64,000 nt of DNA from Trichosphaerium sp. ATCC 40318 (lineage: Eukaryota; Protista; Tubulinea): positions 1 to 64,000 of the forward strand of contig JALMLS010000022.1 of NCBI GenBank assembly GCA_038496445.1, in the 5' to 3' direction. This document shows, one piece after another, positions 49,388-61,263 of this stretch. The notes under the pieces are model-generated. The model was not told where the DNA came from, did no database searches, and saw only the letters and a list, made by a program, of their open reading frames with translations. A program made the position numbers and the translations under genes. How positions within the stretch are numbered: the first letter of the stretch is position 1; each line of letters starts with the position of its first letter.

Positions 49388-50934
49388 GTGCATACAATTG
49401 TTATTGATAATGGTTCAGGAGTATGTAAAGTAGGCTTTGGAGGTGAAGATGCTCCAAGAGATATAATACAAACCGTTGTAGGACGTCCTCGCGTCCATAA
49501 CAAATCACACAACGCAAAATGTACAACATGCGTTCACTTGACTTTTTTTTCACCATTTTTTTTCTTTCGAGGTTCGATCACGTGCTAGTCGTACTTTCAC
49601 TAGTCAGCTTCAAGCTGTTTTGTAACCAAATATACTTGCAACCCAGCAGTCTTTTGTAAATTTCACTCACCACGTGTAAACCTAACCTCCATACTATTTT
49701 TGTGTTTTGTCAGAACTTTCAGCTTTTTTATTTGTTTTCTAATTAATTGTTGATAGCAAAAGAGTATGTTGGAGCAGAAGCTATAAAGAATGCTCCTTTT
49801 ATTGATCTGGTTCGACCAAAAGAAAAGGGTATAATAAACGACTGGGATGCTATGGAAAAGATATGGTCTCATTGTTTTTATAACTCTATTGGTGTAGCTC
49901 CAGAAGACTGTAAAGTACTGATATCAGAAAACGTGATGGAAGCAAAAAATAACAGGTATGCTATATAAAAATATCACATGATTAGCATCTATCAACTACC
50001 ACCTGCATAAGTGTAATACTAAAGACGTTTGACTGACTGTTTTCTCTCAGAGAAAGAACTGTTGAAATCATGTTTGAGACATTTCAAATACCGGCTTGCT
50101 TTATTGCTATATCATCTGTTCTATCAATGTATGCTTGTGGTACTACTACAGCTTTGATAGTAGAGTCTGGTGATGGTGTAACAAATATTTTTCCTTGTTG
50201 GTGGGGATATACATTCAAAAATGCCATGATCTCTGTTCCTTATGGCGGAAGTAATGTTACAGACCTTCTTATGAAGAAATTACAGTCTTCCGACAATACG
50301 TTATCTTTAAATAGAGAAAGAGCACGAGATATAAAGGAGAAAACGTCATATGTCGCATTAGACTATGAGAAAGAGATGAAAGATGTTAAAGAAAAAAGTT
50401 ACACACTTCCAAATGGTAAAGTTATAAAACTTGGCTCTGAGCTTTTTGAAGCCAGTGAGGCCATGTTTAATCCTCAGCTGATTGGAATGGATATTCCTGG
50501 TGTTGATGATCTAGTTATTGAATGTGTAACCAAATGTGATATTGATTGTAGAAGAGTACATCGCACAACACATTTACTTTATTTTCATTTTTTTAGTCTT
50601 GTTTTTTTTAACTAAATTAGGGGTTGTACAATAACATTGTTCTTTCTGGTGGTAATACTATGACGAATGGATTTAGAGAACGTCTTTATAGAGGTGTGAA
50701 ACAACATGCTCCAGAAAGAGCACGTGTTGTTACAGTAGCACCTCCTGAGCGCAAATATTCTACATGGATTGGTGGATCAATTGTGGCGTCTTTGTCATCA
50801 GGATACTCCTATAATGTTTGGTAAGCGTTTACTTGTCTGATAAGGCGCTCACTCTTATTATTAAATTAAGGATTAAGAAAGCAGAGTATGAAGAAAGAGG
50901 TCCTAATGTTGCTTTTGCTAAGTGTTTCTATTGA
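49388..50934 (+). CDS. Divergent actin / actin-related protein; at least 5 exons; start codon uncertain
   Basis: [122 protein letters not shown]. Confidence 0.95.
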
Positions 50935-51847
50935 GCTTTTACTTACATAAAATAAAACCTGTTTCCACCACAAGTAAAGGAAGTGTTAAGTTTTCGCAAT
51001 CTATTCTACGAGCTGATTTTGCTTCATTAGCCTTTTAAACAACTGTTAGTAGTGATTTGGAGCAGTTTGAGGCCAAAAAAGAAGGCACTCGCAGTGTAAC
51101 AATAAAAATGTAGCTGTATTACTTTTAAATGCTGTTTTTGGCGTTTTTGTACAGTAGAGAGCCATGTAAGAGTATTGTTACACCAAGTATTGCTTTCCCA
51201 GTTAAGCGGGGTTTAAAAAAACCAAAACACACTCTAATAGCCCCTCATGACATCAAATAACCACATACAAGCGTTTAACATACCTATTGCAACGATGAGA
51301 CAATGTATTTCATGTAAAGCAGTAGGAGGATCAATTAAACACCTAAAACACCAAGTATTGCATTGTGTGGGCAAAAAAAGGCAGCAGAGCTTTATTCTAT
51401 GCACGACATTTTTACAAATTCAAAGAATCATAAGTTATGTATCACCTAACAAAAGAGGAGCTAGGGACGATTTTTGTATGCAGTTCACACCTCTCATATT
51501 AATGATTTTGCGTATGTGAAGGTACTCCTAGAATGGCTAGCTCCATTGTTAAGATCTAAGTGTAAAATAAATTATTTACTATTTTACGAGTTTTTTTGTG
51601 GTTTTTGTTTTGACTTAACTAAAAAAGCACCAACTGAGCTTCACTGAGCACAAACAGATGATTCAAGGCTTGTGTCACCATATAAAGTGCTTGAAATGCA
51701 ATTCACGGGTTATTGGCAAAAACAGAGCATATGCTACCAAAATACGAGGCCGTTTCTATAAAGTACCTGCAAATGACGTTTATCGCACGGAAAACGCTGA
51801 AAACGTTAGTTTGAGGCATAAAGAATGAAAGAAAAGCGAGTTCCCAA

Positions 51848-51964
51848 AATTAACAATTACACAAGCTTTGACAAGCGTTTAAATTACAGAAGTGTCACCT
51901 AATGCTATTTGTCATGTATTGAGATTAGTTTTAAGCTTGTCGAGCCTTGTGTAATTGATAAATT
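51848..51964. repeat. Imperfect ~35-bp inverted repeat enclosing about 45 bp (MITE-like or hairpin)
   Basis: aattaacaattacacaagctttgacaagc vs gcttgtcgagccttgtgtaattgataaatt (reverse complement aatttatcaattacacaaggctcgacaagc). Confidence 0.75.
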
Positions 51965-53394
51965 CCAATATTCTGTACTAGTGGACACTAAGCGATTTTT
52001 GGAATTAAATACCTCAAGAGCTAATTGACCATCCCACACTTTTCATAGTGATAGTCAATATGTGTGGTATTACACAGTGTAATTTATAGCAATAGTTGAT
52101 GGAGTGTAGTGACACAGTTTCTTTGAACCTGTTTTTGGTAAATCCTGAAGCATCTCCATTCGAAAACTAAGTTCTGTCTCTAAAACCCCTCTAATGGTAA
52201 ATCATAATTACATCAAGCTTTGTGGCTATCTGATGCAATAAAGTACGCAAGCAAGAGTGAGTTTTTTGACATTTTCATGTAAATATTATGTTCAACAACT
52301 TCTTTGAAAAAGAAACCTCTGTATTTTGATACCAAAATTATCAAATACGCTATAACTGTGCTTAAGTACATCATGATTTATTGAGCACCTGACACCAAAA
52401 GGAAACATTTGAAAAAGGTTTTTGTGGGTTAGAATGATTGTTCAAAAGAACGACCAATTGACAACAATCAGGTATAGAGACAGGTGACGATAGCTTTATG
52501 TGGTACACTGAAAGTGATAAAAAATGCATTAAACGAAAGAATGTAATCCTTACTCATCATAATGTAAAAGACTTACCTGCAAAACATGGTGGTGGTAGAG
52601 GATAAGAATATGATCCCAAGCAGAAATAACTCAGTTTTAGTTTCAATGAAATAGTTGATTGAAGCACACTATTAATTACCAGCAAGTTCTGGTTAATAAA
52701 TATTATAGACACATATGTGTTCTGAAGTATACTCAAAAATTGGACATAAATAACGTTTTTGAGGTGTCCTAGAATTTTTTTGAAAGTGTGAACTGCTTAC
52801 AAAAATCGTCCCTTTGCGTAAAATGCAAAGTGTAACCTTAAGTATACAGACGGAGAAGAGGAAATTGTTAATTTGCTGAAGGAACATTTGACTTTTATGC
52901 CAAGTGAGCTGCATCTGCTTGGGTTATGTGTAGGGCCTATTTACAGCTAAATAAAGTAGTTTAGTAACACGGAAGGGTTTTTAAAGTATTATTTTTAGAC
53001 AATGATTGTTTATTGCTCAAATACTCCATTTACGCGTAGAAATCGCCATGTAATGTAGTTTAAGCAGTTTTTATTGCTTTTATCCTTTTTTATACGAGTG
53101 CCGTATTTTGCAGCATTTAAATGGTACAGCACACCTTAGCACTACTGTTTACATCCGTCTAGTACAAAACTAGCTCGTAGAATAGATTGGATAAACTTAA
53201 CATTTCCTTTGACGTAAAAAATTCAATGAGAATAGAACCAAAACAAGCAATTTCTTCTAAATACGGGACACATTACTATGAATACGCAAACCAAATTATA
53301 AGCAAAGGTACAGTTATGTCAAACAGTGTCAGTAATACAACTTCGTGAAGACATCGTGACTTAATTCACATTACAACTTTCTAAGCACTCCAAA

Positions 53395-56300
53395 ATGCGG
53401 TTAACACTTTTCCTACTTGCTTTAATTTGTATTTCTACATGCCAGCAGTACTACGTATCTACAACAGGCACATCTATACATCGAAATTCGCTATTTAACA
53501 CGTGATAAAAGGCAACGACAATAACGATGGTTCTAAGGGATCACCTTGGGCGTCTCTAGCGCGATGTTTGAAACAAATAGCGTATGCACATACCTAACCA
53601 ACTCAAAGCGGTGGTTCTCATTGTTAAATCAAGGTCTCTAAAGAGCAAGAACAAGGCCAACATTCTCAAAACCGCGGTAACGTTCAACATCGAGAAAGGT
53701 CACATTAATGTACAAGCGCTATAACTTCTAACACTATCGTACTAGGTACTTATTATCAAACTACACCGTTAGTGTTCAACTCTTCTATCTCTGGAAGCGA
53801 ACAAGGTAAAGAAAACGCTGTAAGCTTTAGATAGTTAGTTCGTTCTAGCACCTATATCGTTCGTTGGTGACAGTAGTGGTGATGTCATTGTGAGTGGTGG
53901 TGTCCAGGTTAAGGATTGGAAGCTAGTTGGTAGTAACACATGGGAAGCGCACGTGACACAAAACGATGTTAGACAAATGTGGATAAACGGTAAGACGAAA
54001 ATCCTTCCCTGACTTTCGAATTCGCTTACAACTTGCTTATCAGGACAAAGAAGAAAGCGTGTAAACTGTGGTATCATGACATACGATCACTTTGAGTCTA
54101 TATCTGGTCAGCAGCAACCATTAGTAAACTCAAGACTAACGAAAGAGTAAAGGTGATCATGCTTTTGAGCTAGTTTCAAAAGATGACCTTCCAAGCACTA
54201 CAGATACTGGAATTGAGGTAACACAAGGATAATATAATAACATTACAATACTAACCCGCTATGCTTAGATGGTAGTGTATCAGTATTGGTACATGAACGC
54301 TTAACACTTTTTTTTTGACATTGTTTTTTGAAGGACTTCCTCATATCATCAAGTATCTTCAATTGATGGAAAGAATGTTAAAGTAGCAAACCCTATGTAT
54401 GCTCCATACACTGCATCAGCCAGCGGTCATAGGTTCTACTTGGGTACGTCGCCAATGAATGGATTATTTGGCAGTCTGTATTTCTTAATGATTTCCTTTA
54501 GAAAACGTGAAGTCTTGTCTAACTAATTCTCCTGGTTCTTTCCATTTCGACAAGTACATCTAAACTGCATTGTGTATTTTGATAATTATAACGCTTTTAT
54601 TACTAGAAATACTCATATTGTTACTTACCATGCAAATGCTGGAGAAGACTTAACAAAACTGAACGTTGTACTTCCTTCTTTGACTGAGATTTTAACATCA
54701 ATGGGAGATGCTACCTCGAATCAATTTGTAGATTATGTCACTGTACCAATATTGTTATTTTGCTATCACCATTCACATAGTTGTAGTTTGATGGAATAAC
54801 ATTCAGCCACAGTGCAGGTAAGTCAAAGAAAATCATCAGAATCTTCAGCCATGTTTTTTTCTCATATCCAAAAACTAGCCGATATGTCATCGTGTTTGAC
54901 TAAAGATTCAACATGCAATGGACAATCTGCTTCTTTTGTGAATACAGCAACAGTTCAGTAAGCTATATAAAACGAGATTATTATAATTAACAAGTACCCA
55001 AGCCTCACAGCATCACGATATTGGCAGTTTAAAAATGTCGAAATTTCAGCAACAGGTACTTGCTTATACTTTCAAAAGAGCTGCCAACATCATTTTAAAT
55101 AGGAGGATACGCTCTATGGTTCACAGCTGGGAGCAAAAATAACGTAGTTTCACATTGCCACATGAATGATTTGGGCGCTGGAGGTATAAGGATCGGTGTG
55201 CCTCAACATGGTCTGGAACCATCAGAACCTCTTATTGCAACAAACAATTCTGTCAGTGATTCATTCTTGTTCATGTAGTTCTGATGGCGGTAGAATGGTG
55301 GTCATATTTATCAAGCGGGAACAGGCATATTAATGCAACTAGCATCATCATGCGCTCTGGAGCACAACGAAATAAGGTACTCAAAACTTGTTTTCTACTC
55401 AACTCTTTTTTTCCTTTAATCGTGTCATCGCAGATACTTTTCTTACACTGGAATATCAGCCGGATGGACATGGGGTTATGAAGCAACAAGCTGTCATACA
55501 AACAAAATAAGGCAAGGGTTTTTTTTGACTTTAATGTGGAATTGTTTCTTTTGTGATATTTTTCGTGTTGTTAGTCCATAGTTTTTGTTCACGTGCTTAT
55601 TTCTATTTTTAGTTACAATCTCATACATCACATTGGTTTAGGATGTATGCATTTTACAATGAATCAAGTGTTTAAATTAATATTTTACCATTAGTGTTGT
55701 CTGATATGGGATGTGTTTATCATCTAGGTACGTTCCGGTTATCCTTTTTTTTATAGCTCCTCTATTGTTTCGTTCTATTCACAAATCAAAACAACACCAA
55801 GCCATTGGCATTTTATTCATTCCGTTATTGTCATACGTTACAGGTTGACCTGAAACGATAAGACTGGATACAAAGGCTTTGAGCTAGATATTTACAAAGT
55901 TTTTAGGAAGGTCTCCTGGAACCATCATCAACAATAACGTCTGTCATGATGTTAACAGCTATGGCTACGGGTGAGTATGCTTGAATATTTTTCTGCAGTA
56001 TTACCATTAAACTAACACTAATCTAGTGCGTGGGGATACTACATGGACGAGGGGTACGTAATGTTTTCTTTGTGTATTTGTTTGCAATACTAATGTTCCA
56101 ACTGGTCTTCTAATGTTACCATTACGAACAATATTGTGTATCATTCAAAGAGTGCAGGATTACATCAACATTATGGAACAAACAATAATATTGTTAACAA
56201 CATATTTGCATTTCCAGCATACAGCAAATAGTAAGTTAGCTTTTTTTCTCAACTTCTTTCGTTTCTGGTTTTTGAATGAAAAACTTCTTTCTTGCTGTGT

Positions 56301-56913
56301 CTTTTGGGTACTATCTAAAACCATAGTACACTAATATACTGATAGTTCTTGCGGAAAAGTTCCATATTGCATTCAAGCAGCTATAAGAACAGATCCACCT
56401 GATCCTCCATCACCACATTCAGCGAATTCATTCACGTTTGAGAGAAATATTGTATACATCGCAAATGGTTCGAAAATGAACTGTTGTACAAGCCATTCTA
56501 AAAGTTTTTTTTGTAGGCACTCTATTTCATTCAAACAAAGATAAAGCTTTTGGAAATACAACATTTGATAGTAACACATACTGGAGTACTATTAACCATG
56601 ACAAGTTGATGTTTCCTCCAACTCAAGTGCGATTTATTGTCTATGTTGCTTCTATCATTCACACCTAATAATGTATAGCATCCAATTACTTTTACGCAAT
56701 GGCAGAACGAAGGGCAAGATAAACACTCCATTCTAGCTGACCCTGAGTTCACAAATGTTGGTAAGATCACAGGCAAAAGTTAAATAAAATATTCTAATGT
56801 ACTTTTTAGGCAATTTGGATTTTGATCATTTATCTAAAACATCACCTGCTCTTGCACGTGGATTTAAACCAATAGACTCTTCTACTGTAGGACCTCGCAA
56901 ATCTTACAAATAA
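53395..56913 (+). CDS. Secreted right-handed parallel beta-helix protein (pectin-lyase fold, putative carbohydrate-active enzyme); more than 20 exons
   Basis: MRLTLFLLALICISTCQQYYVSTTGNDNNDGSKGSPWASLAR, GTYYQTTPLVF, VSGG, RFYLENV, GGYALWF, HMNDLGAGGIRIG, YTGISAGWTWGY, LSDMGCVYHLG..PGT...NNVCHDV..YGYGAWGYYMDEGSS, HQHYG, SILADPEF. Confidence 0.88.
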
Positions 56914-57219
56914 ATATCAGGCAGTTGGGTAAAAACTTATCCATTCCAACCACTTGACACCCCATAAAAACGTAGCACAACATGATTTTATAAAAGCACA
57001 GCCACTTTTTTGATTGAACTTGATCAAATTTAGGGTATTAAAATACGTTACCAGTGTTTATACGCTCAAAAAGGTAATGGAGCGCTTAGTTGATTGAATG
57101 ACAATGTGGTACATGAAATAGAGAGTGATTGTGTAACATAATTATGTTCATCACAATAATTAGAAAAGTAAAAAGATTCAGATTCAACTCATTTTGTTTC
57201 TTTGTTATATTTACACTAC

Positions 57220-60200
57220 TTAATGAACATGTTCATTATCTGATTGTTCCATAACAGTCTGCCATGTCATTTCATGACGTCTTTGATAGTAGAAAGGATG
57301 TAAAGGCTTACCACGAGAAGTAAAACCCTAAATAGAACAAAATGAACAAATGCAATTAAAAAAACGAAAAAAAAGATCCAATTCAATGTTACCTCGTGTT
57401 TGATTGTCAATACAGCACCATAAGGTGGTGGATTTTCAACATCATGCCTTGAGCATTTTATAAACACTTCTATACTATTTGTACTAAAGTGCAGAGATTA
57501 ATGAGATGACAATTAAAAAAAAACTCTTCATTCATTTTGATTCATAGTATAATTGTTCGTTCCAGCATTACGATGGCAATGAACCAAAATATAACAGTGT
57601 AAATGAAGTAAAAGGCATACGGGTTTGTTACGTACAGTTGGCATAACAAGAAACTTCCAGTATCATGTGGTCGTATCATCATAACTTCCATATCATAAAA
57701 AGGCTAGAGTTAAAAATTAGCAAGTTAGCTAAAACCAAACAAGAGTTTCAAAGAAACGTTTGTAACTTATTTTCTAATATACTATTTGGCATAAAGATTA
57801 AAAGGTACGGCTGCCCGTGATAAGCACGTAAATGTCCATAAGAAAGCAGGGCATAAAATATTATGATGTCGTGCAAAAAAATGAAACAAAAATGATTTTT
57901 GCTATCACAAATCGTTTCTTTGCTTACCTTGTACTTGACAATACAACTCTGTCTTCCCGGGATATATAGTCCTTCAGGGTCTCTAAGAACTAATCCTTCA
58001 CCTAATTGTGTATAAGCTGTTAAGTAGATGAAAATCAAGGTTTAGTCACGGTACCACCACGTGATAACACTTTGTTCAATAATTCTTTAAGATGATCTTT
58101 CCCATTACACTTGGTATGCTCAACAACATCTATTATCGTAGATGAAAAATCCAATAATGATTTTTTGAGTTTAGCATAACGTTCTATATCAAGGATTAAA
58201 AGGTTTCATAGTCAATACAATAACGTACTTGTAAATGATAAGTTTTCTGATACAATATCAAAAACTTTAAACCTTGCACCTTTACCATTATCAGTCACTA
58301 ACCTCCATCATAAGAAAAGTCATTCGTACCTTTCCAACGAGGTGTTGTTCTATACAATGAGCTTGTGAGTAAATCACGCGTATTGTGACCCATCCTAAGC
58401 ATTAACTGTTAAAAACAATCCAGAAGCACAAAAACAAAAACATGTACCATAATTCTCCATCCAAAACCAGATGAGCAGGCAGTTGCTGTTTAACAGAAGA
58501 TGGACATGGTATGATTTTACCTTGTCTGGAATAGAAGCTAGAACCATTCCACAAGGCCCGAATACCATCATACTTCTCAGAAACATACCTATTAAGAAAA
58601 AATTAAGAAAAAAAACTCGAGTTGATGTACAAGCGTACCATCCTTTATAATCTTCATTTTCGTCCATGTTGCCGAGTAACATTACTTTATTACTCTCTGA
58701 AGCTGCTATAATAATAATAAATACGTGGCTATAGTACTCAAATGTTTGATCAGAAAGACGAACATATTTGTAGTACAGATTTCGGAGGTTTTAATAAAGG
58801 CGAAACACCCTTAACAGGTTTCAAGTTGATATGAGGTGCATGATGAGCAATGGTGGATTGCAAAGACTCTGTATCACCTTTCCACCAATAAGGCACTGGT
58901 ATCACTGTAATACCTGTAAACGGATTTAAGTATGGCGAATGACATTCCGTTTAATTGGTTGGATTGCTTTCAATACCTTGTTCTTCACATGTATGAAGTT
59001 TCTCCAAATCACGTCTTTGTGATATTGATGCTGGTCCGAATTTAGAAGGGTAGTCATTATAATGTTGTTCTCCTTGGTATTCAAGAGCAATATTAAGACT
59101 TGGTAAGAAGATATCAAGTGTCATCCAAATAAAAGTAGAATCTCTTCTCAATCCTATATTATACTCTTCAACGATTTCTACACCAGGTAGTACTTTCTTT
59201 GTACACTGAAGTAGCTCTCTAATGTGTTTTAATAACTCATACAAGAAGTTAAAGCGCGTACAGTTGCGTAGATCTCTTATTTGGACTTGCCATTGTCGAA
59301 GAATCCCAATCATGTGCTGGATAAACAGAGTGAAGTATTTGAGGCCAATACCGTACCAAACCACCTCCACCATGATCTAAAAGTTGCTGTCGTGATACGC
59401 GATACCTATATAATATACTTAGAATTTAAATCACGGAATTTGAAAGCACTACCAAGACGATATATCATTGACTTTCATTTTATCTTTTAATTCTGATAAA
59501 AACGCCTCAACATTTTTAGGCGATGTCCAAAAATTCTGTGGCCTCTTTGACGTTGGTCTAGGCATACAGTCAATAACAAATAGAATACTAAGTAACCCCG
59601 TACAAGCTACGCTCAAACTTCCAGTTGTGATTGGGGTATAGTGCTTGAAGTGTCCTCATTAGAGATGATCGATAACTATAAAAAAAAAATAAGATGATCA
59701 ACAACTCAGGTCATTAACCAAAATATAGAAGACGTACTAACGTGTAACACCACCAAGTACTCCACTTAACCTCTTAAAATCAGCTTTGATCCAATCACCC
59801 AAAGTTTTAATATCATTATCTTCAGCAGCATCATCAAGCATTAATCTTTGATTTTCTTCATCAAACCAAAAATGACTAACAACACGCCTTAAAACAAAGT
59901 TAATAATAGTGAGACACACTCATTATAACCATACTTGAACTTCCATGGTTTCCAGTTATATCGAGGGTATGTATCTGAAAGAGCACGAGCCACTGAACCG
60001 GTATACCTTTGGGTAAAACGTAAGAACCCAAAAATAGAACTAATCTAAAATGGATTCATTCTTACTTTGACAAAATGCCTCCACCACCTCCTCTTGCTAC
60101 ATCTTCTGTACGCATACTATACCACTCATGTAATGCTTTAACATTAATATTCTTAGAAACTTGTTCAAATAGTTCACGTTGAGAACGAAGATGCAAATCA

Positions 60201-60998
60201 TCAAAGTTTGCGTTTGGAAAAACTGCCACAAGCAGTTTATGCATAGAGCCTTCATACCTAACAAATATTACCCTGTAACCAAAGAAACATCTTGTCACTC
60301 CCACATGATTTGACACGTGATTCCATGACGCTTCGAGCGTACACTGGAGGTCAGTACGTACTTGCTAAGTAAACTTAGAGCTCCTTTTTCAATGAGTTCT
60401 TCAACGCGCTTATCTAGCCAATCATCCATCGTTTTAACGCCTAAGAACATACCAATCTCATCTACACGCAACATTTGATTGTTCAGGTCGTTTAGGTAGC
60501 CCATAGGAGCGCCTCTAGGAGTTTTTATGGAATGGTTCCAAATCAAAACAGCTAAACTTACGCAAAATGCCAGGGGACCCACTCAAACTGCGGGTAGAGT
60601 GCCTTCAGAGCTTTTGATAAGGAATCGTTGTACCTGATAGGTATTAGAAATAAAAATGGTTTTTATCCATCCAAGACGATCTTGCAGTGCGTAGGGAAGG
60701 CTGTAAGCGTACTTGCTGAGTAATCCACGCGCTGAAGCTTTTCGTAGCTGTAAATGTGACACTTGGTACCAATCATCGAGTGACTAATGGCAAAGGTTTG
60801 AAATTGAAGCGGTTTTGGTGCCAAATATCGAAGAGCGTGTACTTGGACATTTAGCGTACGAGCAACAATGTTTAGACGCGCTCGTTGATCATTTATATCT
60901 TCCCAGTGCTTTTGTAGGTTTTTTTGCTTTGGCGGTTTTTTTTTCGTAACTTTTGCTTGGCTTCTTGCGCGGATCAATTTAGAAACAACAACTGACAT
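57220..60998 (-). CDS. Trp-rich helical repeats (5) + Vsr/DUF559/RAP-like nuclease fold + ATP-dependent DNA ligase (adenylation and OB domains) fusion; about 21 exons
   Basis: Manual splicing gives one continuous frame. It runs through repeats (DDWY, DDWL, HEWY, GDWI, SSWY), then IVEEY..LDIFLPSLNIALEYQGEQHY..RDLEK..GITVIPVPYWW. The ligase part follows: GWYVSEKYDGIRALWNG..YSRQG, LVLDGELW, FKVFDI, GGEGLVLRDP, VKYKP, PPPYGAVLTIKHEGFTSRGKPLHPFY..RR. Confidence 0.9.
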
Positions 60999-61263
60999 TT
61001 TGTAGGTGTACAGAATAAATTATTACTCAAATTCATCTTGCAATACGAATACTGCCTCTTAAAGTGCGTGCAAGGACTGTAGTCGTTCTATGTAGCGCCG
61101 TTAAGTGACAAGAGTAGAGTTGGAATTAAGTGACACAAATTAGCAGTTAAAATAGAAACTACAAGCGTTTGTGTGCTCGTAAGTTACATTATAAAGAGCT
61201 ATACTACTTTGTCAACCCAAGGTTCTTAAAGGAAAGGCACACCATCTGTAGCAATCATATGAA

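Noticed and set aside
51553-51565. 13-bp match (gatctaagtgtaa) to the TRIM left junction
   Set aside because: Similarity does not extend further into the LTR; plausibly chance in AT-rich DNA.
57220-58700. Ligase as a stand-alone bacterial/viral insert or contamination
   Set aside because: It has about 9 host-type introns, is spliced in frame to the upstream nuclease exon, and shows no separate promoter gap.
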